Translations under genes and position numbers: made by a program
Notes under the pieces: model-generated
What the model saw: only the letters and a program-made list of their open reading frames with translations
Databases searched by the model: none
Told to the model about the DNA's origin: nothing
Shown: piece after piece, positions 38,538-51,420 of the stretch
Position numbering within the stretch: position 1 is the first letter of the stretch
Layout: the number at the start of each line of letters is the position of its first letter
DNA from: Sphagnum compactum
Taxonomy: Eukaryota
Length of the DNA: 64,000 bases
Assembly (NCBI GenBank): GCA_965153455.1
Contig: OZ234493.1
Span: 22,992,213-23,056,212, forward strand
Direction of reading: 5' to 3'

Positions 38538-41214
38538 TAATATTTAGAGGGTTTAACATTTTTGCATTGTGACATGTATAAAAGGACATGTAGGGTGGAA
38601 CTATCTAAAGGGACGACTAGTTACAAATGGAGCATTAAGGAGTCAATTGCATATTGTAAATTTAGATGATTACTAAAAGTTCATTTGTTATTTACAAATG
38701 TTGTCAGTATTGTGAACATTCTATCAAAAATAATGCTTACAAATCAACTAACATGACCTATAACACTTGAGAACACATGTATTAAGTGCAAGAGCATAAA
38801 TGTTTTCTCCCAAATCATTGAGGTTTAAAAAAAGATATAATAAAAAACATAAATGTCAATCAACTTGAAATTGAAAAGTGTTGCAACAAAGTCCAAGAGC
38901 AAACAATGAAAGGCAACCTACAATATTTGAAATCTAAAAATAAGAATTAATCACACAAGCAAAAACATGGTGAATGTTTTAGCAAAACTTGATTCAATAA
39001 TGTGTCATTCTTTTATTCAATATAGAATTGAAATGCTTCCACCAATCACCTACTTTCAAATTCATCAAAAAATAAAAATAAAGAAGCCAACGTCATGTGG
39101 TTAGTGATGATGAAGTTAATTGGAAAGTCAAGTTAGTTTTTAGTTTTTGACATTAGATTTCATACTTTCAATTTTAGTTTTAAATTCTAAACTTTCAATT
39201 TTGAACCTTAGTTTCTAGTCTTGAACGTTATTCATGTACATTCTTTTATTTTAGTGAAACATAAAAGCACAAGTTAGAATATGCATTTCCAAACCCGTGG
39301 CCCATGATTTTCAAGATATTATTTTAATTGTGTTCATTGTATTATCTGGAGATTTCATTAGCATGCAAAGGAAAATGTTAACTATCAAGGTTATTGCCTA
39401 CTTCTATTAGATTTTTTTTGTTCATGCTTCCTCTTTGCAACTTGGTTCAATTACTTTGATTAAATCATTAATGATTTTATATTTTTTTCTTGTTAAAAAT
39501 AAAATTATGCAACAAACATAACACACCATGACATTAAATAACAAAAGGATATAGAAGTTGGTATTTAGCAAAAACTCCTTGATTTTTTTTTTCAATATGT
39601 TGAAAGAGTTCCCAAACACATTCTTCTCACAACACAACTATCGATCATACATGATTTCAAAAATAGTGTGGCATAATTTTGATTACTTATGTAATAACAT
39701 CAACCAAAGTAGTAGGGGATAACCCCTATCTTTCGAATGGAAGGTCATAATATACTTTCATGTCCATTGTTGATAACAAAAGTTCCTTCTATGACCTTAT
39801 GGTCCAAATAAGAAAGTTTGAAGACTTGTGCATCATTGACAAAGTTAGGGATTTCAACAAACACATTTCAAAACCTCTTTTGATTATCCACTATAGATTG
39901 CATTTGAATGTTGTAGCCTTTTAATTTGAATGAATAATACCTAGTCAACTACAAAAACTTCGGCCTTCGAATGATTTGTAAACATAAATATTTGCACCTT
40001 TATAATGCCAATAGGCCATAGAAGTCCTTAAATTTGTCCATAATCTCAACCAAGTCATTCCCATTTTGCTATTTGAATTTATTTTTTATAATTAAGTTGA
40101 TAACACAAACAAATTCATGGAAGACCAAATGACACTTGACTTCCCAATAGTAAACAATTTGTAATAATGGAGATACTTAAATGCATGCACTAATTTATAC
40201 AAATTACAAGCTACAAATATACTCACAAGGATAATATATTTCATGTTTATTTTCATTATAGATTTTGATTTTGTGTTAAATGTTGTACAAAATTTCTATT
40301 GACATGAAAGAAATTGATCCATTTGTAATCATTGTATTACATGATGGAAAAATGGGAATGTAAGGGGTATATCAAGTTTTGATTGAGTCCTTAACTTTGT
40401 TGTTACTTAGTAGTTAATACACCATGGGTTTTGACATTAGTGCAAAATGAAAACATTATCCATTTTTTCAAAAATAAACCATGCATCATCACCTTGAAAA
40501 GATGTGAGAAATTTGTTCAATTTAGTCAGTTCATAGTCATACATTGTCAATTCATGTTTGCAAAACTAAATAAAAGAACTTAACTAAAAGAATGACTTCC
40601 CATGGATGCAAGATGCATTGTAAAACGCAATGTTTACAAAGTTACAAATATCAATGTAGAGTGGAGTGTGAAAAAAAAATTGTTAATCAAAATGCAAAAG
40701 ACAATGAGACAAAGATGCATGCATATTCGAAGGGATGATAGGCATATATTAAACATAAAGGCTACAAAAATAATTGCAAAGCGAAAAACTATGAACAAAA
40801 ACTTTAGTGATCAAGGATTGTGGATGATGGTGAAGCAAAAATGCACATAAAGTTAAAGAAATGATAAGCATAAAAAAAACATAGGTTATGAAGACTAATG
40901 TAAAGATAGAAAAGTGAGAAAAATATGTGCTAAAAAGGGGAACAAACGACTCGAAGATGCAAACACATTTGAAAGAATGATGGGCTTCTTGGAAAACCAT
41001 GGAACTTACCTTGTTATGAGTATTTCTTGCCACCCTTGAATATTGATATGTACTAAACCAATTGTTATATCTTGTCTACATATGAGCATTTGACATGACA
41101 TTTACGAATAATTTTAGTATATCAATGATAACTATTGTTGAATAGGTTATTAATAACATTATTAATTTCAACTTTTTACATTTTATACAAAATTTTCAAT
41201 AACCTACCCTTACA

Positions 41215-41492
41215 CAAGGTTTCTTTTGAGGATTTTGTGATGTAGCCAAAGTGATGATCATTCGCAAAATAATTTAGTTAAATTTGGCTACATATTAGAT
41301 ATGAAAATATAAAATAAAAAAAAATCTTTCTATATTTTTGGCTATTTACTGTCAATTTGAAAATTTGGTGATTTGAAAAAATAAGATTTGACAAATTTGA
41401 GTCATTTTTTTCATGAAGAATCTTTTGTACAGGTCAAAATCATATTTTTGAAGTCAAAATTTGGTGAAAATTTGCCAATAAAAAAAACACTG
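41215..41492 (+). mobile_element. MITE copy of the ttagccaaatttggctac family with hAT-like ends
   Basis: Begins caaggttt and ends aaacactg; internal sequence collinear with 23870-24157. Confidence 0.65.
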
Positions 41493-42171
41493 CCTTTAAT
41501 TGTGGAATAATAATCATTCATGACAAGAAGGCAAGTCCATGAACTTTTGAATAATATATTGATAATCCATATAAATAACATATTTGTGATTCATTTGTGA
41601 CACCAACACATTTTTAAATATTTGGCACAATATTAAAAAAAATTCTAAATGTAATTGGAGGGCACCTTATATTCATGAATACCCTTCTTCAAATGGAGCA
41701 AGGATCTTATGCCTAGTTAGTTAAAGGTGTAAAGTCCCTCCCATTCCTAATTAATAAAGACAAGATTCCTCCCACTCCCACCATTTTGTGACCTACATAT
41801 GTTTAAGCTTGTGATAGGATTTGTCTCATGCTTTACACGGTGGGTAAGGCCCATGGGTGGGGATTGACATGTGAGACAAACTAAGTATCACTTAATTTGT
41901 CTCAAAATCACTTGTAGGGCCCTTCTTTTAGGAAGGCCCTACGAGGTTTGGGCCTTGCATTATGCATGAAACATTCAAAGAAATTTCCTTGTGTATGCAA
42001 TGACACCTTATATTTGTGAATTATCCTTCCTTGAAAAGATGAGAGAGAGGAGGGATATTATGCCAACTCCCTATGGGTGGAGATATGAACCCTTTCAAGC
42101 TTATAGGCGTAAAAGATCCCTCCCACTCTTAAGGAGGAGGTGTAAGAACACTCCCTCACCTATGCCTCACG

Positions 42172-42920
42172 ATGCATGTTTAAGTTCAAGATAAGCTTTG
42201 CTTCATGTTTTACGATGGGTAAAGCCCATAGTATGATCTATGCATGTTTAGGTTCATCATAGGCTTCGGCTCATGTTTTATGATAGGTAAAGCCCATAGT
42301 ATGATCTATGCATGTTTAGGTTCATGATGAGCTTCACCTCATGTTTTAGGATGGGTAAAGCCCGTAGTACGATCTATGCATGTCTAGTTTCATCATAATC
42401 TTTGCCTCATGTTTTAGGATTGGGTAAAGCTCGTAGTATGAGCTATGCATGTTTAGGTTAATGATGAGCTTCGCCTCATGTTTTAGGATGGGTAAAGCCC
42501 GTAGTATGATCTATGCATGTCTAGTTTCATCATAATCTTCGCCTCATGTTTTAGGATGGGTAAAGCCCATAGTATGATCTATGCATGTTTAGGTTCATGA
42601 TGAGCTTCTTCGCCTCATGTTTTATGATAGGTAAAGCCCGTAGTATGATCTATGCATGTTTAGGTTCATGATGAGCTTCACCTCATGTTTTAGGATGGGT
42701 AAAGCCCGTAGTACGATCTATGCATGTCTAGTTTCATCATAATCTTCGCCTCATGTTTTAGGATGGGTAAAGCCCGTAGTATTATCTATGCATGTTTAGG
42801 TTCATGATGAGCTTCTTCGCCTCATGTTTTATGATAGGTAAAGCCCGTAGTATGATGTATTGCATGTTTAGGTTCATCATAAGCTTGGCCTCATGTTTTA
42901 GGATGGGTAAAGCCCTTAGT
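42172..42920. repeat. 68-bp minisatellite, 11 copies, upstream of NUDT1
   Basis: Units start at 42172, 42240, 42308, 42376, 42445, 42513, 42581, 42652, 42720, 42788 and ~42860; consensus atgcatgtttaggttcatgatgagcttcgcctcatgttttaggatgggtaaagcccgtagtatgatct. Confidence 0.95.
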
Positions 42921-43571
42921 AGGACAGGGAAACATCCCCTAAATTTGATGTCAGAATTGTTTATTGTCTCGGGAACATTCCCTAAATGGGATGCCAGAAT
43001 TGTGAAATGTGCCCACCCTGGGGGGCTTTACCCTTCAGTTTCAGACTGAAATTGATTGCAATGCTGGAAATTGTCAGTCCTTGGAGAAGAAGTCTGAAGT
43101 ACTATGTAGAAGTCTAGAAACTTTCATGTGAGGGAGAGAGGAGAGAACACTGACAAACATGGTGGTTTGTTTGCTTTCCTTTCTCTTACACCTTTCTCTT
43201 GAGCTGGGTTGACATCCGTGAGTGTTAAGCGTGAGTTCCTGCTGATGCTTTGAAGGTACCCACAAAAATCAGTTGCAAAAACAAGGGTGTGGTAATGAAT
43301 CCTCACGCTTCTCCACACCCATCTTCTCATCATGCGCAACTTGGGTCTTGTGATTAGTTTGCCTGCAAATAGGATTGTGGTTACAAACAGCTTGTGCCAG
43401 TTTGCGGAACTGAAGAAGAAGAAGAAGGAGAAAAAGAAGGGGTTTCCTACAAACATTGCAGCAACGAGAGAGAATCATAGCTCACCAACTTCGTCCTTGG
43501 TTGCAGCAGCAGGAAGGAGAAAGATTTTCATCATCAGCAGACCAAACCCTAGGAGTTTGAGTTTTGTGCAC

Positions 43572-45451
43572 ATGAGTCTTTCTCCCGGTGCAAAAGACAT
43601 GCAGGTCCAACCAAATGAGGCTGAGAAGACAATGAAGCCAAAGGTGTTGACTCTTGTGATCATTGAGAAAGAGGGTAAAGTTCTATTGGGTATGAAGAAA
43701 CGTGGGTAAGTACTAAACCCTAAAAATTCTTTGCATGATATTTCGTATCATCCTTTTATGCTTTCTGGAGGAAATTCGTGAGACAAAAAAAACAGGTGGT
43801 TTTTTGGTGGTTAACTTTGTGGTGGGCAGATTTGGACAAGGCTACTACAATGGGTTTGGAGGCAAAGTTGAAACTGGTGAAACTGTGGAGGAAGCAGCTG
43901 CTCGCGAGGTGGGTTGGTTTTGAACTTCAACACTGTTTTCAGTTTTTGGTGTTCCTTTTCTGTCCCAATTCACTGCACCTCACATTTGGCACATACCACA
44001 TTGAGCTTCCTGATGGGTTGAAAGTGCAATTAGCTATGACAATGAGGATTTATTCATAAAGAGTGAGGTGTATGGCTCATGGTAGGTAGAATCATCCACA
44101 AGCTCTCTAAAATTTCCACTGAGATGGTCATGGTTTTGTTCTGTTTCACTAATTGTGCAGCTCGAGGAGGAGGCAGGGGTGGTGGCTGTGTCAATGGAGA
44201 AGCGGGGCATTCTGACCTTCCATTTTGATGACAATCCACAACCCTGGGAGGTGAGGACTGACATGCTTCTGCTACTAGGTGACATTCATGTGGTCTTTTG
44301 GAAATCTAAACAGAACAGAATCGTGTATATTCCTTCATCAGGGATTGCAAATGTTTTGATGCTTTGGAAACCTTTTGCAGGTGCATGTCTACCATGTGCC
44401 TGATTTTGTTGGTGAACCTTGTGAGTCTGAGGAGATGGCTCCTGTATGGTTCTCTTATGCTGACATACCATATGGTACGTATTATCATCAGGCTTATTTC
44501 ACACCATTGTGGCAAATACTGTTTGAAGTAGCAGACTGCACTGTATTATGGAATGTGTTGGATATAGGCCGCTGTGCCCATAAGGTGCCTGTTAGGAATT
44601 TGGGCGAGTCTGGATAGGGTGAGCCAAAATTTCTGAATGGGCAGTGAAATGGGCACAATGACCTGTACTCAGCACATTCCATAACATAATGGTTTTCATA
44701 ATTTGCACAATGGGTACGTGGATTTACAATATGGGCATGTGAATTTACAGAATGGGCATGTGATTTTAAACAATACCTAGGTAAGGTAGACCCAAGAAGA
44801 CCTGTCCATTGTGCCTTGTAAGGGGACTACAAAGAGGCAGAAAAGGCCACATGAAAACCATTACGTAACAGGAGGGTTGTGGCTCATGATGCAGATCGAA
44901 TGTGGCAAGATGATCAATTTTGGTACCCAGAGTTCTTGCAAGGTAAATATTTCTTTCCTTCTACAACACAGTGTGATGCCCAAATCTGGGACACTCATTC
45001 TGCATATGTGAAAGACTATTAGTTTTTACTATCTATTTATTTCAGATGCTACAAGCTACAACGGTGATCACTTCACTCTCTGCAGTTGTGATTGACCTGC
45101 AACTCAATACATGAAAGAGCTTCCCTTGTAGATATGTTAAGGCTATGCTCAGGTGTGTTGTTGCTGTGTATTGTATTTTGGGGTGGAACCATGAAAAAGC
45201 TTCAAATTACCATAGATAAGTGTAGGCTATGCACAGATGTCTGGTTGCTGTGTGTTGTAGTGTGGGATGGAAAATTGAGGTGAATGTGCTCAACATGATT
45301 TGCAAATGGAAAGAACTTCTTTGGGTTGTGACTTGGCACATGACATGTGTGTTGTACTGCTGCTGCAGGGAGACGATTTTGCGGGGAATTTTACTTTCAC
45401 AACACACACACATTGGTTTCCCACTCTCTACAATCTGTGCCCCAGTTGTAA
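43572..45451 (+). CDS. NUDT1: Oxidised purine nucleoside triphosphate hydrolase, MTH1-type Nudix enzyme
   Basis: Exons 43572-43705, 43830-43908, 44161-44250, 44381-44474, 44895-44942, 45369-45451. Protein [41 protein letters not shown] (Nudix box)...VHVY...ESEEMAPVWF...IPYDRMWQDDQFWYP...GRRFCGEFYF...*, collinear with human MTH1 as I recall it. Start may lie further upstream. Confidence 0.93.
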
Positions 45452-47088
45452 GCCCCATCATCTGTACTTGGTTACCAACTAGTGACAGAGTGTCGGCTAC
45501 TCTTAGCTCCAAGATCTTTCCAGTTAAGATTTTTTGCATTTTTTGCAACTAATTAACAGAGTCCTTGACATTTTGTACCAAGAAGAGACACTGGATCCCC
45601 TCGACTGGACAACCGTTTCTTATGGAAAGACCAGCAAATGGAAAGAGCAACACCTAAATTTTCATGTTTGGTTGCATTGCAATTGCTACACACGACTTCT
45701 TCTACACATTAATTTAGCATATATGTAGCCTTTTTGCACAAGACAATTTTGGCCTCTGCTATTGACCAATAATCAGTTTGCCCCATTTTGACATCAATTG
45801 ATTTGTGACTATTTAATCCATTTCCCAATCAACCAATTGGACATAGATGGATGAGTAGTTTGGCACAAAGTTATTCTTAACAAAGTCATTCAACAATGTT
45901 TCATTGTGGCCCATCATCTCCCAGAGTTGTCAGAAATTCAAACTACGGAAGAGTCAATGTGCAATGATCTATGGAAACCCAATTTTATTTGTAACTGTTG
46001 CAATGTTGAAGGCTATGCTTGCATGGAAATGTACACATCAAGAGGTGAAGTTCTTCTGTCTATTCCCACCATATCCCAATTTAGTCTTTTCCAATGTGGG
46101 ATTATGATTTAATCAAGGTTAAAAAACAACCTTCAACAATGTGAATCTTCACAAAAGTTAAAAAATGGTGTAATCTGTAGTTTGCCAACTGGGAGTGATA
46201 ACATCACATATGGCATCTTATGTGGTTCTTGCTTCCTTCCGAAGGCAGTTGCATTCCAAGTGTTGTAAGAAGAATGTAATTGCCTGACCTCAGTACCTAC
46301 ATGTTTCTCCAAATGCCAGTGTTTGGTTACAATAATTAAGTTTAAAACCCAAGTGGCAAATTAAAGCCACACCCACTTGCAAGGTGACCATCAATTGCAA
46401 GCACTTGCAATTTCAATTTGATAATGGTTTCCATTTTCACAAGGTACGATGGGGAGGCAGTGACACAGTGGCAAAGAGGTGATTAGAAGCAATTTCGAAG
46501 AGAAGACAGATTGCAATTCCTTTTGCCATCCTATTCTCAAAGGCTATTGTGCTAGCCTCCTTCCTTATTAGTCTTAATTTATGCTCCTAATTTCAACCTC
46601 CTTCATGTCACTATTGTGTACAATATCCATCAACCCATCATAAATCATAAAAACATCCATAGAAGGTTAAATGTTTATAGTAAAATTTACAAATTATTTC
46701 AGATAATAACTTATCCAGCTTAATTCATTGATGAATTTCATTCATGAAAGGTAAGCGCTCCAAAGAGCTATGAACACATGTGCAACCCATTAATACTAGT
46801 CTAATGGTTAGCCTCCTTCCCTCTTCTTTCACTCAATCAGGTTTGTGAGAACTGTTCAGTGGGATGCACTTGTGAATGCATTTTACAGTTATTTGCTGAA
46901 GATTGCTGGGGGCCATATCCATCTGCACAACGCAGGTTTGTCAATTTGTCATGCTTAATACTTTGCTATACATACTTCACTGTGAGTGGAGAAAGTGTGT
47001 GCCATCTACTGAATTAGACTGCAGGAATTTTTGCAAGATTATTCTTTTTGCAACTTGGGATGACCAGTTTACAGAAACAGCAGAGGTC

Positions 47089-47126
47089 TGGGTTTAGGGT
47101 TTTAGGTTCTAGGGTTTAGGGTTTAG
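47089..47126. repeat. Short interstitial telomere-like (TTTAGGG)n tract
   Basis: gggtttagggtttttaggttctagggtttagggtttag, bracketed by aacagcagaggtc on both sides. Confidence 0.75.
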
Positions 47127-50100
47127 AACAGCAGAGGTCCAAGTTTCTTCTTCACTGCAACTTCATGCATTAATGCATCAGAGAGAGATTCATTGGGAGT
47201 ATTGGATGATCTGGATAGTGGACATTGTTGAAGCATTGTGGCCTAAGGCATTTTCTTGCACTGGATGCTGGAAATTGATTTGAGAAAAATTGTTCATTTC
47301 TAGGATGGGGTTGCTAATCAGCAGGAATTGTCAAAAGTGCTTGGCAGGGACCTCAATATGTTTGCTGCACAAACTTTTCAATATTTTGCACACAACACAA
47401 TGCAGTGGGTGTGCCATAAGTGCCTCTCATGCCCATTTGCCTATTTGGCATCATGTGTTTTCTGTTAGGAAAAATATTGCTTCTTTTGTATTTACACTCT
47501 TGAGTAGCTGTTCAAAGTCATTGCTCAAGCAAAGGGAGCACAGAGGGCCTACTCTCTGTAGTAATGTTTTGTGAATATGGTGCTGCACTACCCATTACTA
47601 ATCTAGATTCCTTATGTCAATTTCTAATTGATCTTATCATAACAATGGGTTTGACTGTTCAGTCGGTGAGTAGATTCAACCATGCTAGTTGGTGAAATTG
47701 CTAGGGTAGGTTCATGAGGAATAATCTCATTGCCAGTTACACAAAAAAAGAATGCTACATTGCTGAAAGGAGGAGTTATTATCAAAGGAATGCAGAATCG
47801 GCCTTAACCTAGTTTGCAGCCATCAATCATCCCTGAGTGAAAAAGCAGCTTAAGTTGGTAATCTGTGGCTTGCATTGCAGTTTGGGGAGTTCATGCATTG
47901 AATAGAGTCTTAATTCAAGGGCCAATCTCAGAGTCTGCAGCTAAAAGCTGTGCTTTTCAAGCATGTGCAGCAATGAAGTACACAGTGCAAAATTTGATGG
48001 GTGTTGGCTTCATAGGTCTGGTGATATGCATCTCTATACACCCTCTATCCATGGCACTGTACCAAATCCCTTGCAAAATCAAGGTTATAACATCTTGCAA
48101 ATTCCTGGAGTCCTAATATGCTAGATGGGTATCTTGTAGATCACTCCACAAGATTGGTTGGTTTAAACAACTGATGTTTGGAAGCAAATTTCCTCCTCAT
48201 GTTCTCTTGTGAAATTGAATCTGGCCATGTTGATGATTATGTAAATGTGTGAGATGTTCTGCAAGCTTCTTGGGGGCTGATGTGTTTATTACTAATGATT
48301 TTGTTGCAACTTTGCAGGAGGATATACATATTCCAACAAAGTTGGCAGAAGCTCAAATTGTCTTTCATGTAATTGCACAAGTAACAAGGAGGCATGATGG
48401 TGACATAGACAGTTGTGACTCTTTGAGGAGTGTACTCATCTGGCTCAAGTTGCTGGCATGGCCAAAAAGGAAGGGGCCACGATAGCTGCAACCATGGGCT
48501 TTGTGTTCATGTGCAGATTTTGCAGCAAGTTGAAGTCACGTGAGGCATAGGTATGACTCTTTGTTACGCTATTTGAATTCTCCTTATGTTGTCATGTGAA
48601 TTATAGACATGAACTTCTGTCAATATGTGCATGGCTTTCAATACTGGCAGACCATTGCTGCCCTGCTCCATTGAGCTGAGCACTATATGCAGGTTGTTCA
48701 AGTTTGTTTTGGGTTTGCAATGACCATCCTTTCTCCCACCCTCAACGACACATTCAACAACTTCACTAACTTTGATGCATGGCGATGGGTCCCTTATTGG
48801 AAGAGTGGGGCATCAAGATGAGTGTTGATGCACTATGTCCTTTGTTGTGAATTGATTTGGTATGGGAGAAAATTGGGCCAAGAGTATTTTTAGGATTTGA
48901 GGTAGATGGGATGGTTTGGAAAGAGAGTTGAAATTTGTTTCAAGATGATGGAAAGATGAGATCCATGTGATGGATGAATCATAAGCGATGTTTAGATTGT
49001 GAGAGGATTGTGATGAAGAGTGGTTGTGTGTTCATGAGTGGTGCAAAGGACTTAGTGATATGGAATGGGAATGTTGGTTGTTGTAGGAGATTTGTATAAA
49101 CGTTTTGGTTTGATCATGCCATTATGGCTTTTGTTGTGTCTTGTTGATGTTTGTTGCAAAACTAAGATTACAACCATTGATTGTACGGTCAAATGTTGAC
49201 AATTATTAGGCAACTTCCAAAGTGTTTGCAAGAGTGTGTCATCTTGTGTGTAGTAGAGGTGTTCAAATTTTTTTTGGGGTGATTTGCTTGATATGGAGAT
49301 GCCTATAACACCTATAGGATGTTTGGTAGTATCCTTTAATGAAATGTGGATCCTTGGATAAATCCTTTCAATGACACCAAGATCATTCAAATCAGACTTG
49401 TTTTGCCTTTTCAAATATCATTACGAGTGTTTGAGACTCTCTAGGAACTTCAAATTTCAAAATAGGGATGAATATTTAGAGTTTGAAGAATTGTTCTCTT
49501 TCACTCCTAGACATTCTTCACTTTGTTTTGATACGTGTTTCATTTCTATTGATTCATGCCATGTTTTGGAGTTGTTTTAACTTGTGTGCTGTTTGTTTGG
49601 CTTAAACCTTGGATGGAAGCTCAAGCGTAAATCATGAGATAATTGGTTTAGAATATTTCTAACTTGTTTGAAATAAATGTGTACGTTATGACCTTCTTTG
49701 TTATCGGCACAAATTCCTTTAGAAGATGAACTTTGTTGATTTACTTAAAACCTCATACTTCTCATTTAGATATTACTACCATCCATGTGGATGAGATTTT
49801 TTTTTAATGAATGAATCAATATTGCTTTTGAATCATAGATTGATAATATGTAATGTTTTTTTTTTTGGATTTCTTTTTTCCATTTCAACATGAATCATCC
49901 TATTTCTTGTGGTTGTTACATAGTGTTTTAAATTCTCCTTTTAAGAATGTTCATCATTTTGAATGACTAGACACCATAATTAAAATTTCCTTCAATATAA
50001 TTTTAACTTTGGCATTGAGATATTGACCTATGTTTTGCTTTGAAAGGCAAGGCAAGATTATTTGTATTTTTGAAAAAAATTCCTTTTCAATTTGCCATAA

Positions 50101-50559
50101 TGTTTCAATATATGGTGTTATGTGTTCCTCCAATCACAATTTGAGTAATTCCTCCCTAAATTAGCCATATTTGTTTTTTTGATGTTCTTCACTCTTTCAA
50201 ATCCCTTAGATTTGATTAAACTCAATTGATCTATTAGACTTTCTCACACTTTTCAAACTATTTAAGTTTTGACATCATGTTGAATGATAAACTATATTAC
50301 CTGAAAGAAGTCTAAGGAAGTGGTAACTTAGGTTGAGATGCCTAAACATGAAGCTTAACTTTAAAAAAATAAAAATGATTTGAACTTAATCAATTGAGTA
50401 ATAGATGGTCTAAGTTTAAAAATTGCAATTTGATCATATGAATTCAATCATATTATAGTTGGGAAGGAAGAGGGAAGGGGAACTAATCTTACAAATCAAA
50501 ATTTCAAACTGGATCACATTATTAAGGTTGTCAAAGAAAAGAGAGGATGAACCAATCTT

Positions 50560-51420
50560 ATGAATCAACATTTTAGGCTTGCATGCCAAATCAACCATAT
50601 CAACATCTTTGAAGCCTTTTGATTTCATGTACATGAGGTCCTTGAATTCCAGATATGAACTCAAATTGCATCTATTTAGTGACTTTTAAACTTGCATAGC
50701 TACAATGGCCAACAACATTTTTCTAGATGCAAACTTTGCTATGGGTTGCAAATGTTTCATTATATAGTCTATGTTCTTTCTTTGAGAATAGTCCTTTGCT
50801 ATCAATCTAACAAGTTTTGTATAGTCTAAGCCAATATACCCCTTAGTTTTTGTTCTCATTTTTTTTGATTTTTTTAATATGCTAATACTTTCTTTCCTTA
50901 AGGAAGCTTGGCTAGTTACCATGGTGTGTTTTTCCCAATTAGTTCAATGAGTAAGGCCATGGTTGTTTTATAGTTGCAACATAAGACCATTTTGCCAATC
51001 AATTCACTCTGTAAAATTCTAACAAATGTCTAAGCTTGTTGGTTCTTTTTCAATTACAACACAAGAGTGATCAACTAGTTTCAAAGGAGAATTCCTTATT
51101 CTTGAACATAATTCACCATAAACATTCTTGCTCATCCTCTTTAGGTCTTGCACTTGTTCTAGGTCATTTGTAGCTAGATGACCAAAATTATTGTAATTGC
51201 TTCCATGTGTAATGCATGCTCAACCATGAACTTTACAATGGCTAGTTTTTGACAATCAAAATGTACATAGTTGCCAAGCTTTTATTTGAACTTATTGGTG
51301 GTGAAATTTTACTTCAAAACTTCTTCATTATTCATTTATTTTGATTAGCCATTGAGCTCAAATATTCATTTTATGTTTCATCAAAACACAAATTCATGCT
51401 TTGGGTCATGAGTTTAATTT
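50560..51420 (-). mobile_element. Ty1/Copia pol remnant (integrase end to RT start)
   Basis: VRLIAKDYSQRKNIDY...PIAKFASRKMLLAIVA resembles Copia RT KARLVAKGYSQKEGIDY..APVAK..SIRMLLAIAA; DLMYMKSKGF...DLACK follows; SMNLCFDE near 51400 resembles SRDVVFDE. No LTRs found. Confidence 0.75.

Noticed and set aside
42172..42920. CRISPR array (palindromic repeats at a regular period); also considered for 53967-54231 and 21346-22020
   Set aside because: Whole units repeat with no unique spacers, no cas genes are present and the context is eukaryotic.
43200..43345. H/ACA snoRNA or telomerase RNA
   Set aside because: ANANNA hinge is present but there is no correctly placed ACA box, telomere template or Pol III USE/TATA; kept only as a generic structure finding.
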